Program-made: the position numbers and the translations under genes
Shown: in pieces, positions 1 through 13,981 of the stretch
Layout: each line of letters begins with the position of its first letter
Numbering within the stretch: the first letter of the stretch is position 1
The notes under the pieces: generated by a model
Database searches by the model: none
Seen by the model: only the letters and a program-made list of their open reading frames with translations
What the model was told of the DNA's origin: nothing
NCBI GenBank assembly: GCA_052327205.1
Contig: CM126214.1
Coordinates: forward strand, 171,554,001 to 171,618,000
Origin: Somniosus microcephalus
Lineage: Eukaryota
Reading direction: 5' to 3'
DNA: 64,000 nt

Positions 1-479
1 TGTCGATTTCATTGTAAAAGAAAATAAGATTCTCTCCATTTTTCTCTAAGGGAGCTGACATTTCATTTGTGCAGTTGGCACATTTGGACTAAGTGGCTTC
101 CTTTGAATGCAACACAGACCGCTCCCCTCTGCAATCAGACATTCCACAGTCATCATTAGCAACAGTGATTACCCTTCCCTCTTAACTGTAGTGGACTTTG
201 ATATGGCAGTCCGACCTAGTTTTTAAAATATAAAATGGTTTTAAAATTTATCATCTTTCCCGTTTATTTAAAAAAAAAAAAAAAAAAAAAATCTCTCCCC
301 TTTCTCTTTCATTCTATTAATTACCTGACTCAAAGCGCAGGAAATACATTCAGGTCAATGGCCAATAGGTGTAGGAATCTGGCTTGGATTGCGTTGTCTC
401 CCATTTTTTGCCTGGCGTTCTTTCCCTCTGTGTAAGAGCTTATTACCTTTTTAAGTGACCACGTTAAGCAGCTGTGAAT

Positions 480-3400
480 TCTGTGTGGCAAGTCACGCAT
501 GCCGACCCTGCGAGTCAGGAAGGTATGCGGACCCAGGATGTAGTGATGGAGGAGCCACAGCCCTGGACCTTGTCCAACAGGTATGAGGTACTTTCTACCT
601 GTATGGATGAGGAAAAGGACTGCACGGAGGATGGGCAAACTGACCATGGCACTGTGGTACAGGGGGCCAACCAAGTGGGGGGGACAAGGAAGGAATGTGG
701 TAGTACAGGAAACTCTCTTTACCGGCACCTAAATAACCGGAAATCTCTCTTAACCGGCAAAATTCAGGAGTAGGTTCAGGTAAGTTTTACTTCATATTAG
801 TGGCCGTGTAATCGGGGTTCCTGGATCTGTGGCTGTGTAACCGGGGTTCCTGCACCTGTTGCCCATGCAACAGGGACGCATGGATCTGTGGCCATGTAAC
901 CGAGGTTCCTGCACCTGTTGCCATGCATCTGTGGCTGTGTACGGGGCTCTCGTACCTTAGTAAGTATACCTCTCTGTAATCCGGACCTTTTGATCAACCG
1001 GCAGCACGCCGGTCCCGTCGGTGCCGGGTAAAAGAGTTTCCTGTAGTAGGGGACAGTATAGTCAGGGGGATAGATACTGTTCTCTGCAGCCGCGCAAGAG
1101 AGTCCCGAAGGCTGTGTTGCCTGCCCGGTGCCAGGGTTAAGGATATCTCCTCGTGGCTGGAGAAGAACTTGGAGGGGGAGGATCCAGTTGTCCTGGTCCA
1201 TGTAGGAACCAACGACATAGGTAGAACTAACAATGCGGTTCTGCTGAGGGAGTTTGAGGAGCTAGGGTCTAAATTAATAAGCAGAATCACAAGGGTAATA
1301 ATCTCTGGATTATTACCTGAGCAATGCGCAAATTGGCATAGGGTCAGGCAGATCAGAGAGTTAAATGCGTGGCTCAAAGAGTGGTGTAGGAAAAAGGGGT
1401 TTCAATTCATGGGGCACTGGCACCAGTACTGGGGAAAGAGGGAGCTGTCCTGTCGGGATGGGCTCCACTTAAACCGGGCTGGGACCAGCGTCCTGGTGAA
1501 TCGAATAATTAGGGCTGTAGATAGGGCTTTAAACTAAAAAAAGAGGAGGGTCAGGTGAAGAGAAATATCAAGGCAATAGAGCAGTGTAGCGATTTGGGTT
1601 AAAATAAGCAAGAGTGTGACAGGAAGGGATAGAGAGTTTAATGGTAGCAGTGCAGCACAGAATAAGGTCAAAGCAAGGAATAATGGTTAAAAAAAAAAAA
1701 AATTAAAGGCTCTTTATCTGAATGCATGAAGCATTCGTAACAAGATAGATGAACTAGTGGCACAAATAGAGATAAATGGGTTTGATCTAATAGCTGTTAC
1801 AGAGACATGGTTGCAAGGTGGCCAAGGTTGGGAACTAAATGTTCCAGGGTACTTGACATTTTGAAAAGTCAGGCAGAATGGAAAAGGAGGGTGAGTAGCT
1901 CTGATAATAAAGGATGACATAAGGAGAGTAGCAAGAAAGGATCTCAGCTCAGAAGATCAGGAAGTAGAATCAGCATGGGTGGCGATAAGGAACAACAAGG
2001 GGCAGAAAACACTGGTAGGAGTAGTACATAGGCCCCCTAACAGTAGCTATACCATTGGGCAGAATATTAATCAAGAAATAGTAGGAGCTTGTAACAAAGG
2101 TAATGCAATAATTTTGTGGGACTTTAATCTTCATATAGACTGGACAAATTAAATTGGCAAAGGTAGTCTGGAGGACGAGTTCATGGAATGCATTCGGGAC
2201 AGTTTCCTAGAACAATATGTTATTGAACCAACCAGGGAACAGGTTATTTTAGATCTTGTATTGTGTAATGAGACAGGGTTAATTAGCAATCTCATAGTAA
2301 AGAATCCTCTGGGGCAGAGTGATCATAATATGATAGAATTTTACATTAATTTTGAGAGTGACTTGCCTAAGTCCGAAACTAGAATCTTAAACTTAAATAA
2401 AGCCAATTACATTGGTATGAGGGGCGAGTTGGCTAAGGTAGATTGGAAAAATAGATTAAAAGGTATGGCGGTAGATAAGCAGTGGCGAGCATTTAAAGAA
2501 ATATTTCATAATTCTCAACAAAAATACATTCCATTGAGAAACAAAAACTCCACAGGAAAAGTGATTCATCCGTGGCTAACTAAAGAGGTTAACTATAGCA
2601 CTAGATTGAAAGAAGAAGCTTATTATGTTGGAAAGAATAATAGTAAGCCTGAGGATTGGGAGAGCTTTAGAAACCAGCCAAGGTTGACCAAAAAATTGAT
2701 GAGGGAAAAAATAGAATGAGAAAAAACTAGCAAGAAATATAAAAGCTGATTGTAAGAGTTTCTACAAGTATATAGAAAGGAAAAGAGTAGCAAAAGTAAA
2801 CATTGGTCCCTTAGAGGCTGAGACAGGAGAAATTATTATGGAGAATAAGGAAATGGCAGAAACGTTAAACAAATATTTTGTATCTGTCTTCGCAGTAGAA
2901 GACACAAAAAGCATACCAAAAATGGTGGGGAACCAAGGGTCTAATGAGGGTGAGGAACTTAACGTAATTAATATAAGTAGAGAAAAAGTACTAGAGAAAC
3001 TAATGGGACTAAAAGCCGACAAATCCCCTGGACCTGACGGCTTACATCCTAGGGTTATAAAAGAGGTGGCTGAAGAGATAGTGGATGCGTTGGTTTTGAT
3101 CTTCCAAAATTCCCTAGATTCTGGAATGGTCCCAGCAGATTGGAAAGTCGCAAAAGTAACACCGCTATTCAAGAAAGGAGGGAAGAGAAAAAACAGGGAA
3201 CTACAGGCCAGTTAGCCTGACATCAGCTGTCGGGAAAATGCTGGAATCCATTGTTAAGGAAGTGGTATCAAGTCACTTAGAAAATCATAGCATGATTAGG
3301 CAGAGTCAACATGGTTTTATGAAAGGGAAATCGTGTTTGACAAATTTATTAGTTTTTTGAGGATGTAACTAGCAGGGTAGATAAAGGGGAATATATGTAG

Positions 3401-4419
3401 TATATTTGGATTTCCAAAAGGCATTCAATAAGTTGCCACATAAAAGGTTATTGCACAAGGTTAGGGCTCATGGGATTGGGGGTAATATAGTAGCATGGAT
3501 AGAGGATTGGTTAACAGACAGAAAACAGAGCAGGGATAAACAGATCTTTTTCAGGTTGGCAGGCTGTAACTAGTGGGGTGTCGCAAGGATCAGTGTTGGG
3601 GCCTCAGTTATTTACAATATGAGGTTATTCACTTTGGTAGGAAGAATAGAAAAACAGAATATTTTTTAAATGGTGAGAAACTTTCAAATGTTGGTGTTGA
3701 GAGAGATTTGGGTGTCCTCGTGCAAGAAACACAGAAAGCTAGCATGCAGGTACAGCAAGCAATAAGGAAGGCAAATGGCATGTTGGCCTTTATTGCAAGG
3801 GGGTTGGAGTATAAGAGTAAGGAAGTCTTGCTACAATTGTACAGGGCCTTGGTGAGACCACACCTGGAGTACTGTGCACAGTTTTGGTCTCCTTATCTAA
3901 GGAAGGATATACTTGCCTTAGAGGTGGTGCAATGAAGGTTCACTGGATTGATTCCTGGGATGAGAGGGCTGTCCTATGAGGAGAGATTGTGTAGAATGGG
4001 CCTAGACTCTCTGGAGTTTAGAAGAATGAGAGGTGATCTCATTGAAACACAGAAGATTCTGAAGGGGATTGACAGGGTAGATGCTGAGAGGTTGTTTCCC
4101 CTGGCTGGAGTGTCTAGAACTAGGGGGCATAGTCTCAGGATAAGGGGTAGACCATTTAAGACTGAGATGAGGAAGAATTTCTTCACTCAAAGGGTTGTGA
4201 ATCTTCAGAATTCTCTGCCCCAGAGGGTTGTGAATGCTGAGTCTTTGAGTATATTCAAGGCTGAGATAGATAGATTTTTGGACTCTAGGGGAATCAAGGG
4301 ATATGGAGATTGGGCAGGAAAGTGGAGTTGAGGTCGATGATCAGCCATGATCTTATTGAATGGCGGAGCAGGCTCGAGGGGCCGTATGGCCTACTCCTGC
4401 TCTTACTTCTTATGTTCTT
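480..4419 (+). mobile_element. Near full-length degenerate CR1 LINE (ORF1 SGNH esterase, ORF2 APE-RT)
   Basis: ORF1 has VVVVGDSIVRG (split by a MITE), VLVHVGTNDIG and DGLHLN. ORF2 fragments include LIAVTETW, KSPGPDGLHPRV, QHGF and LVRPHLEYC. Tail is ttcttatgttctta. It has stops, frameshifts and an internal deletion near 3618 that removes the FADD region. 5' boundary approximate. Confidence 0.9.
706..1043. mobile_element. Tc1/mariner-pogo-type MITE, subfamily A, copy 1
   Basis: TIRs CAGGAAACTCT...AGAGTTTCCTG with TA duplicated at 704-705 and 1044-1045. Removing the element and one TA restores CR1 ORF1 gtg gta gta gta ggg gac agt. Confidence 0.9.
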
Positions 4420-4544
4420 AACCCATGGAATTCAGCTACTCCATGGTGGGTCACCTTGATAAATAGAAAACAAACAGGAAAAGGAAAAACTGAGTGAAAA
4501 GGAAGAGCGGAAACATGTTGGAGAAACCTTAGTATTTGGTAACA

Positions 4545-4635
4545 TTTTCCAGTTCTGATGAAACTTTAACACTGCTTCTCTCTCCACAGATGCTGCCTGA
4601 CCTGCTGAGTATTTCCAGCATTTTCTGTTTTTATC
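4545..4635 (+). mobile_element. Penelope-like pLTR fragment
   Basis: ccagttctgatgaaac...ctctctccacagatgctgcctgacctgctgagtatttccagcattttctg, same motif as 15035-15135, 36436-36540 and 42500-42605. Confidence 0.7.
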
Positions 4636-6136
4636 TTCGCATTTAAGAGTCTGAATCAGTTTGCAATATTATAATCGGGCTTCCCCCTGGTTGACTTGAC
4701 CATAGTATTGGAAAATAATGCATCATTCGTCAGTTGACTGTGTTGATAATCTGACTGCAGTAATTCAGTTACTGATCACTTTCTAATGGGGAATTAGCCA
4801 CTTTATTAGAAGGTGATGTTGCTAGTAGAAAGGACATCTGCTTCCCTGACATCCAGCAGTCATTGCTAAAGATTAGGAACAGAGTGGGACCAGGCACAAT
4901 TCCCTGAGGGCTCCCTGTGTAGGTTTTAGGTTAAAATTATGAATCTTTAGGACTTTGTGGGATGGTCATTGAGGATCCTGTGGCCTGGAATTTCCTTTGT
5001 ATTTCCAGAGAGAGACACAATCAGGGTGCAAGGCAAATAGGCGGCCTAAAAGATTGCAAAATTTTGGGTGTAAGTGAATTCAATACGCTCAACCATCGAT
5101 CCCTTCGCCAAAACGCAGCTCCACCATAAAACTGACCACACTCCCTCAAGGCACCTCCACATGGCTGCGGTGCTTAGATGAGCTGTTTAGCCAGCTGCTC
5201 CCCTATGCTGTCTCCCAGTAAACTCTGTTCTGGAAAAGTGGGGTGTGGTGGAGAGATGTCGGGCTGATGAGTCTTGGGCCTGTGGTTGATCCATGCTGAT
5301 GGCCCGTATACTCCTGGACCAGAAATGTGGAGCGCTCACCTGGTGTTGAATCACTCGCTCACCCCGGTGGAATGTGTTTGTACTGCTACCCAGTTGAGGA
5401 GAGCTGGCTGACTCTGCTTGGGGGTGGCCTGAAGGTTGGGGGCGGAGGGAAGCTGCCCTGCCAAGAAAGAGCGGAGATGTGCGGCTCTAGTTTTCCATCA
5501 ACCTTCTTCTGGCAGCACAATAGACCCAAGTTAAACAACAAAGCCAGAGTTCACTTCCTCCACCTCCTCCGGAAGCTGCCCCCCTTTCCTCTTCCTCCTT
5601 GCCCCCCATCTCCTCCACAACGTAGGGTAGGAAGATTGGGCCGCTGTCCTGGAACATTGAGAAATAGAGAAAGATTAGGCTTGCAGTCAGTTTGAGTGTG
5701 TGGAACAATTGAAGGAGCTACTGGTCTACATTTTTCCAAGGGTTTTTGCTGAAGGATCACTGATTACCTTGTCCCACCTCAGATACTTGAGTGTGGTGAC
5801 CACAGTGGGCAAAGAAGAAAGGTAGAGCATGGTGAATGTCTTACCTTCCCTGCTATAGCCAGGTCATTGATTTATTTTCTGCACTGCTCCACCGTTCTAG
5901 GCACTATGGATGTGGCACTCTGCCTCTGCCACCTCCGTCCATGCCTGCTTTCTGACCGTACGTGAGAGCTGGGATGTGAGGGAGCCGAGGACTTGGTCTA
6001 CAGGTTTTCGTCAGCAATATTGAAAGCCCTCTTCCTGGCAGCCTTCCTGTGATTCAGTCATCTGTGAGAAGGGAAAAGTTTGAGACAATTGAGACTCTCT
6101 GCAGAGCAATTAAATTAATTAATTAAAAAAACCTAA

Positions 6137-6322
6137 GTTTCTTTATTGGATGCAAAAAGTACTGGAATAAATGGCAAAGTGATAACAGACTACCAAGCTT
6201 GTTTTGTAGTATATATATCTTGAAGTTTTTGCAGTTCTTTACATTGCTCTGTTTAAAAGACAATGTGGACAGCAGCTTTCTTAACTGAGTTAAAAAGTGG
6301 TAAAGGCACATTAGATTAGGTC
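6137..6322 (+). repeat. Local ~180-bp duplication, copy 1 (partner 8994-9165)
   Basis: Shared blocks agtttctttattggatgcaaa, aatggcaa.gtgataac.gact.cc.agcttgtttt, aatgtggacagcagctttcttaa and gtaaaggca. Confidence 0.8.
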
Positions 6323-6473
6323 TGATGTAGTATAATGTATTTATAGGTTAAGGTATAGTTGTCAAGAAGTTGGTTGAAAAATCATTCAGATTATAGAGAG
6401 CTGTGTGCTGTTTCATCTTGCACTCCCCAGCCTCTCACTCTGAAGAAAACTTTTTTTCCCTTCTACTTTTATA

Positions 6474-7400
6474 AGCACAGAAACTTACAGCACAGAAGGA
6501 GGCCATTCAGCCCATCGTGCCTGTGCTCATTGAAAGAGCAGTCGTGCTTAGTCCCACCCCCTCGCTTTTTGTCCATAATCCTTGAAGTTCCTCATCCTCA
6601 AGTACCTGTCCAACTCCCTTTTAAAATTATTGATGGTATCCGCTTCCACCACCTTTTCAGTGAAAACAATTCTTCTCCTCTCCCCTCTCGATCTTTTGCC
6701 AATGATTTAAAATCTGTGACCTCTGGTTATTGACCCGCTCGCCAGAGGGACTAGTTTTTCTTTATCTGCTCTATCAAAACCTTTCTTCATCTTGAAAACC
6801 TCTTATTAGGTCACCTCTTAACCTTCTCTCTTCCAAGAAGAACAGTCCCAACTTTTCCAACCTCTCCTCACAGCTGAAGTCCTCCATCCCTGGTAACATC
6901 CTGGTAAATCTCCTCTGTACCCTTTCTAAGGCCTTTACATCTTTCCTGAAGTGTGGGGCCCAGAATTTTCCACAATACTCCAGCTGAGGCCTAACCAGTG
7001 ATTTAGAAAGTTCTAGCATGATCTCTTTGCTTTTATATTCTATGCCTCTATTTATCAACCCATATGCTTTTGTAACCACGTTATCAACTTGTCCTGCCAC
7101 CTTTAAGTATTTGTGTATATGGACACCAAAGTATCTCTGCTCATCTACACTTTTCAAAATTATGCCATTTATAGTATACTGTCTTTCCATATTCGTCCTC
7201 CCAAAGATAGTCAACACTGAGGAGGACTGCAACAAATTACAAGTAGTCATTAATAAACTTGCTGAGTGGACATACAATTGGCAAATGTGTTTCAACATAC
7301 TGTAGATAAGTGTGAGGTATTACATTTTGGTAAGAAAAATAAGGAGGCCACATATTACTTGGCAAATAAGAATCTAAATGGAGCAAAGGGATCTGCCAAA
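6474..7400 (-). mobile_element. CR1 3' fragment (minus strand to ~7204) joined to a + strand CR1 RT piece (~7205-7400)
   Basis: ORF 6774..7298(-) contains LVRPQLEYC and ALERVQRRFTRM; the + piece reads KIVNTEEDCNKLQ...WQMCFN. Confidence 0.8.
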
Positions 7401-8993
7401 ACTGCTCACTATTCCATGGTTTGAAAATGACCCTTTTTAGGGAACCAATGGGATTTCAGAAGGTTTAGGGTAAAGGAGTTTTCAGTCTGTGTGTCTACTT
7501 GTATACAGTTCATCCCATCACCATCGTGGAGAGGCAACTAGTTAGAATGTTGCACAGGTCAGATACTACATGTGAAATATAAATATAAGCAGGTATAACA
7601 ATTGGACTCTATTTTGAAGCACCGCTATTCTAGGTTTTCTGAGGTTTGCCCTTTTTAATCAGTTGTTGAGATTAAATTATCTCTGGCCTTTCAAATAATC
7701 AGGATCAAGTGCAAACCAATATGGTGGGTATATTGCATTTAATCGGAGTTTAAGATGGAATATAACACACTAGTTATACAGCAAAAACATGCAACCGTGA
7801 CAAGCAGCTGGTACGATCGGACAGCTGGCTGGCATGCGGGAACAGCTCTCCTTGTCTCGTGTATCTCTCTCTCTTTCTCCTTGAACTACCCAAGAGTGTT
7901 AGACCAAAGTCAGCATGGTGTCCACCCTTGGGAGTTCTCATTCCACCGTCTGCGCTAAGGGCCTTTCGGGTCTTGCTTTTATTTTCTCTTTTAGGGGTGG
8001 GCCTGGGGTAGAAAGTGGACCGGACCATCTAACCTATAGAGGTTCCCCTTAAGACAAGGTGCCCAATGGTATGTCGAGTTCTTTGTCTTAACTTTCAGAT
8101 GAAGGCCCTCCCCTAAGGGGTCTCATGTTTTCCCTCACATGTCTTTCCTGTTTATACATTCTGAAGGCCCATCCATCTGATTTCCTCCATTCTCTCCCGT
8201 CCTTATCCTCCCAAGTTGGGAGTCAGACATGCCATTCTTGGCCTTTAGATGTTCGTAGCTGCTTGTTATCAGTTGTTTATGTTCACGCTGTTCATGCAGC
8301 TTTAGCTATGCAAAACAAACTATTTCATTCCATTATCAGACTATTATACCATGGAATGAATCATTAAATTCCCAAATATATCTTCTATTCTCACACACTG
8401 GTTAACTTATGCATTTTAAAGCAGTTTTGTTGAACAAAGTTAAAATCCTAACAGCATTATAATATGGTTATTAGCAGTAATGGAAGAAACATAAGTGTTG
8501 GGCCTCGGTTGGCCAAATCAACGATAGTCAACAACCTTCCTAGCACACACACAGCAGAGGGCTCGCCTGGGAAGCAAGGTCTAAGCATCTATCCAGCTAT
8601 TCTAATACTAGTCTGAAGAGACACTTTTGTCTCAAGTTCTAATACAGGTACAATCATCTAAACACAGTATTATTTACATCACAAATTCATTCGCGCAAAC
8701 ATATACATTTTAGTACCCCTAATTTCTAACACACTACACCGTTTATGGTTTTGTTTTGCAAGACAGTGCTGTTGCACCAGTTATTCAGCAGCTAATTTGA
8801 CTGGATAATTGCTCTTGTTATCATAGGTTATATTGCAGAACATATTTGATGTGATGAATCATAGAAACTGAAAGATTTAACTGGCATATAATAATCCAGA
8901 ATTCCCCTTTACTGTGTTACGTGACTGTGTACCTTAATAGTATGTGAAGTAGCAAACAGTCATGTGAAGACGTGAAAGAGAATTGTTGAAGTA

Positions 8994-9165
8994 GTTTCTT
9001 TATTGGATGCAAAGCTTAAGTACTGGTAGGAATGGCAACGTGATAACCGACTGCCGAGCTTGTTTTGGAGTATGAAGTTTCTGCAGTGTTACTCTGAAAA
9101 AAGGAAATGTGGACAGCAGCTTTCTTAAGTGAGTTGAAAAATAGTAAAGGCAAGCTTAGATTAAG
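8994..9165 (+). repeat. Local ~180-bp duplication, copy 2
   Basis: Aligns by eye to 6137-6322. Confidence 0.8.
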
Positions 9166-10506
9166 CAATCTGTGTTCACCTTTCCTGGAGCTTGCTTGGA
9201 GAGTCGCAAGAGGTATCTCCTGGAGTCGTTGCTGAATTGACTGCAGGTTTATTCCTCTTTTGTCCCTCTACCAGAAGGCAGTGTTGCGAGGAGTTGGTGG
9301 ACGGTGTGCGACGGTGCACTTTTAACAGGAGGGGGCAGGCTTAATGGTCCTGATTGTCTTTTCGTTGTTTGTTTGTAACAAATAGTCTGAATATGCCAAC
9401 TAGACAGCAAACCAACATATCTAGCATAAGCTAAATGAGCTTGGTATAGGTAATGGTGGAATCACTAATCTGGGCAAAAAATATCAAGTCCAAGCCTATG
9501 CTTTTGGGAGAGGCTGATGCCTGCAACTGAAACTGTTACTAAAGGCATTAAGATATATAAAAACAATTACATGGATCAACTTTAAAATGTTACTGTGGAA
9601 TATGTAATATTTTTGATTTAAAAAAAAAATATTTTGAACCTTTATTTTAGAGATTAGAAACTTCAGTTACTGAGAAGAAAAATGGCAGTGGAATTTTTTT
9701 TTTCCTCAAAAGCCCTTTGGCCAAATTGTACTACTGTATCTTGGTAATATGTACAAATATAAAAGAGCAGCTGGTGTTTGTCACGTCGTGTGACACCTTT
9801 TGTCATTGAAAATACCTATCACCGTGCCATGTATAAGAGTAACAGTTATGCAGGTACTTTATTAAGAGTTTTCATTGAAGTGTGTGCCCCACATAGTGAA
9901 TTTAGTACATAATAGATAAATAGAGGCATTGAATACAGAAGCATGGTGGTGACGATTCATCTGTACTAGACGTTAGTTGGAGTACTGTGTGCAGTTTTGA
10001 ACACCTCGCTATAGAAAGAATGTGGAAAGGTGTAACTTGATTTTCCAGGATAATACCAAGATGAGAGGTTTGAAAAGTGAGGTCTGTATTTACTTGACCA
10101 GAGAAATTTAGAGGGGGAGGGGCAGTATCTAATAAAAGTGCTCAAAATTCGGAGAAAGTAAATAGTGTATGATTATTTCCACTGGTCTCGGAGAAGAGAT
10201 AAGTGGCATTCTCTGTAAAGCCTCCAATACAATAGTTTATAGCAAATCTGTAAAAAGGACAAAGAAAATGATGAAGCATGCTAAAATAGCGACAAAATTC
10301 AAAGACATTTTAATATTTACTTAACGTGCAGGAAGTATTCTGTATTTGTTTTTCCACAGAGTATAATTTGAATATGCAGAATTGCTGAATTGAGACCTAT
10401 TTTTAATATACCATTTAATTAATTGACCAAAAAGTAGAACGTACTGTTCAGAGAATTCTGTCATACAGTTTCTAATTTTCTTCTAATTTTATTGCAGTCC
10501 CAAACC

Positions 10507-10698
10507 ATGAATTATGTGGGGCAGTTGGCTGAGCAGGTGTTTGTCACGGTGAAGGAGCTGTACAAAGGACTGAATCCAGCTACCTTGACAGGATGTATCG
10601 ATGTCATAGTAGTGAAGCAGCCGGATGGCACATACCATTGTTCACCCTTTCATGTCCGTTTTGGCAAGCTTGGGGTATTGCGATCGAAAGAGAAGGTG
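10507..10698 (+). CDS. LPIN3: Lipin coding exon 1 (N-LIP)
   Basis: Acceptor ttgcag|tcccaaaccATG (exon starts 10498). [64 protein letters not shown], then |gtaagt. 192 nt. Confidence 0.95.
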
Positions 10699-12073
10699 GT
10701 AAGTTCTGTTATATAAGCTCCATTTATTGAACTAATCTATACAGTCTGTTTTACAGGCCCCAGTTCTTGACCTAAATGCTCTCAAAATATTTTTTTCTGT
10801 TTCACATTCCACAGTAAAAAAAAAAGTCATCTGCCTACAACACTCTAATTCTAGTGAGATATGTATGCAATTCATCTTAGAAACACTTTGTGTTTTGACA
10901 TATTAATAATCCAAATATTTTTGAATGAAGAAAATACTTCTTGTGAACACTTGTGCAGAGGATGGAAGATTCTAGAATAACAATATGCACTTGGAATTTG
11001 CTGGAAGCTAGTCACCTTCATTGATGTAGTTCCATCATTTGTAGAATCTATCTTGAGTCGGCCTTGATTTTATCACTGTGCATTTTTCATCTCATGAGGA
11101 TTGGATCTTGTTTGCAGTTGTGTGGCAGAAATTGTTGGGAATTTTCTTAAAGCTCGAAGCACTTTACATGCTTTTTAAAAAATCATTACTTGGCATGTTT
11201 AGTATTTTGTGAAGCAATTTTATGTCAAAAAATTGTGTTTAATGCTGTGTTGGATAGTGGTAGGTATGGGTTATGTGAGGGGAGATATGAGGTTTGGAAC
11301 GGAAGTGATTTTTTAATTCATTCATGGGATGTGGGTGTCGCTGACGAGGCCAGCATTTATTGTCCATCCCTAACTGCCCTCGATAAGGTGGTGGTGAGCC
11401 GCCTTCTTGAACCGCTGCAGTCCGTGTGGTCAAGGTACTCCCACAGTGCTGTTAGGGAGGGAGTTCCAGGATTTTGACCCAGCGACGATGAAGGAATGGC
11501 GATATACTTCCAAGTTAGGATGGAGTGTGACTTGGAGGTGGTGGTGTTCCTATGAGCCTGCTGCCCTTGTCCTTCTAGGTGGAAGAGGTCGTGGGTTTGG
11601 GAGGTGCTGCCGAAGAATCCTTGGTGAGTTGCAGCAGTGCATCTTGTAGATGGTACACACTGCAGCCACGGTACGCCGGTGGTGGAGGGAGTGAATGTTT
11701 AAGGTGGTGGATGGGGTGCCAATCAAGCGGACTGCTTTGTCCTGGATGGTGTCGAGCTTCTTGAGTGTTGTTAGAGCTGCACTCATCCAGGCAAGTGGAG
11801 AGTATTCCATCACACTCCTGACTTGTGCCTTGTAGATGGTGGAAAGGCTCTGGGGAGTCAGGAGGTGAGACAGTCGCCGCAGAATACCTAGCCTCTGATC
11901 TGCTCTTGTTGCCACAGTATTTATGTGGCTGGTCCAGTTAAGTTTCTGGTCAATGGTGACCCCCAGGATGTTGCTGGTGGGGGATTCGGCGATGGTAATG
12001 CTGTTGAATGTCAAGGGGCAGTGGTTAGACTCTCGCTTGTTAGAGATAGTCATTGCCTGGCACTTGTGTGTCG

Positions 12074-13700
12074 CAAATCACTATCACTAAGGAAATAGTA
12101 CTCGGTAAAATAATGGGACTAAAAGACAAGTCCCCTGGACCAGATGTCCTGCATCCCAGGGTCTTCAAAGAAGTGGCTGCAGAGATAGTGGATGCATTGG
12201 TTGCAATATACCAAAATTCCCTGGACTCTGGAGAGGCGCCAGCAGATTAGAAAACCGCTAATGTAACACCCCTATATAGGAAAGGAGGGAGACAGAAAGC
12301 AGGAAACTATAGACCAGTTAGCCTAACGTCTGTCGTTGGGAGAATGCTGGAGTCCTTTATTAAGGAAGCAGTAGCAGGGCATTTAGAAAAACGTACTGCA
12401 GTCAAACAGAGTCAGCATGGTTTTAGGAAAGGGAAATCATGTTTAACAAATTTGCTGGAGTTCTTTGAGGATGTAACAAGCAGGGTGGACAAGGGTGAGC
12501 CAGTGAATGTGGTGTATTTGAATTTCCAGAAGGCATTCGATAAGGTGCCACATAAAAGGTTACTGCATAAGATAAGAGCTCACGGAGTTGGGGTAATATA
12601 TTAGCATGGATAGAGAATTGGCTAACTAACAGAAAGCAGAGAGTCGGGATAAATGGGTCATTTTCTGGTTGGCAAACGGCAACTAGTGGAGTGGCACCAG
12701 GATCGGTGCTGGGGCCCCAACTATTTACAATCTACATTAATGACTTGGAAGAAGGGATCGAGTGTACTGTAGCCAAGTTTGCAGATGATACAAAGATGGA
12801 TGGGAAAGCAGGTTGTGCAGAGGACTCCAAGAATCTGCAAAGGGATATGGACAGGCTAGGTGAGTGGGCAAACATTTGGCAGATGGAGTATAATGTGGGA
12901 AAGTGCGAGGTTATCCACTTTGGCAGGCAAAATAAAAAAGCAAACTATTATTTAAATGGAGAGAGATTACAAAATGCTACAGTTCAGAGGGACCTGGGGG
13001 TCCTTGTGCATGAAACACAAAACGTTAGCATGCAGGTACAGCAAGTAATCAAAAAGGCAAATGGAATGTTGGCCTTTTTCAAGGGGGTTGGAGTATAAAA
13101 GCAGGGAAGTCCTGCTACAACTGTACAGGGTATTGGTGAGACCACACCTGGAGTACTGCGTACAGTTTTGGTCTCCTTATTTGAGGAAGGATATACTTGC
13201 ATTGGAGGCAGTTCAGAGACGATTCACTAGGTTAATTCCAGAGATGAGGGGTTTGACTTATGAGGAAAGGTTGAGCAGGCTGGGCCTATACTCATTGGAA
13301 TTTAGAAGAATGAGAGGTGATCTTATCGAAACATATAAGATACTGAGGGGGCTCGACAGGGTAGATACAGAGAGGATGTTTCCCCTCGTGGGGATATCTA
13401 GAACTCCGGGCACAGTCTCAGAATAAAGGGTCGTCCTTTTAGAACTGAGATGAGGAGGAACAACTTCTCTCAGGGTCGTAAATTTGTGGAATTCTCTGCC
13501 CCAGAGAGCTGTGGAAGCTGGGTCATTTACATTTAAAGTGGAGATAGACAAATTTTTTGCAAGATAAGGGAGTGAATGGTTATGGGGAGCGGGCTGGGAA
13601 GTGGCTTTGAGCCCTATATCAGCCATGATCTTATTGAATGGCGAAGCAGGCTCGAGGGGCCAAGTGGCCTATTCCTGCTCCTATTTCTTATGTTTTTATG
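12074..13700 (+). mobile_element. 5'-truncated CR1 LINE nested in the minus-strand LINE
   Basis: KSPGPDVLHPRV, QHGFRKGKSCLTNL, GSVLGPQLF, KFADDTK, LVRPHLEYC; tail tttcttatgtttttatg. Confidence 0.9.
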
Positions 13701-13981
13701 AATGTTACCTGCCACTTATCAGCCCAAGTCTGAATGTCGTCCAGGTCTTGTTGCATGTGGGCATAGACTGCTTCATTATCTGAGGAGTTGCAAATGGCAC
13801 TGAACACTGTTCAGTCATCAGCGAGCATCCCCATTTTTTACCTTAAGTTGGAGGGAAGGTCATTGATGAAGAAGCTGAAGATGGTTGGGTCTAGGACACT
13901 GCCCTGAGGAATTCCTGCAGCGATGCCCTGGGGCTCTGATGATTGACCTCCAACCATTACAACCATCTTCTTTTGTGCTAG

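Noticed and set aside
5327-5760. GC-rich ORFs upstream of the gene
   Set aside because: No recognisable homology or splice support; probably old repeat sequence.
10492-10506. TTG start extending the lipin N-terminus
   Set aside because: ttgcag is the splice acceptor; the conserved start is MNYVGQL at 10507.
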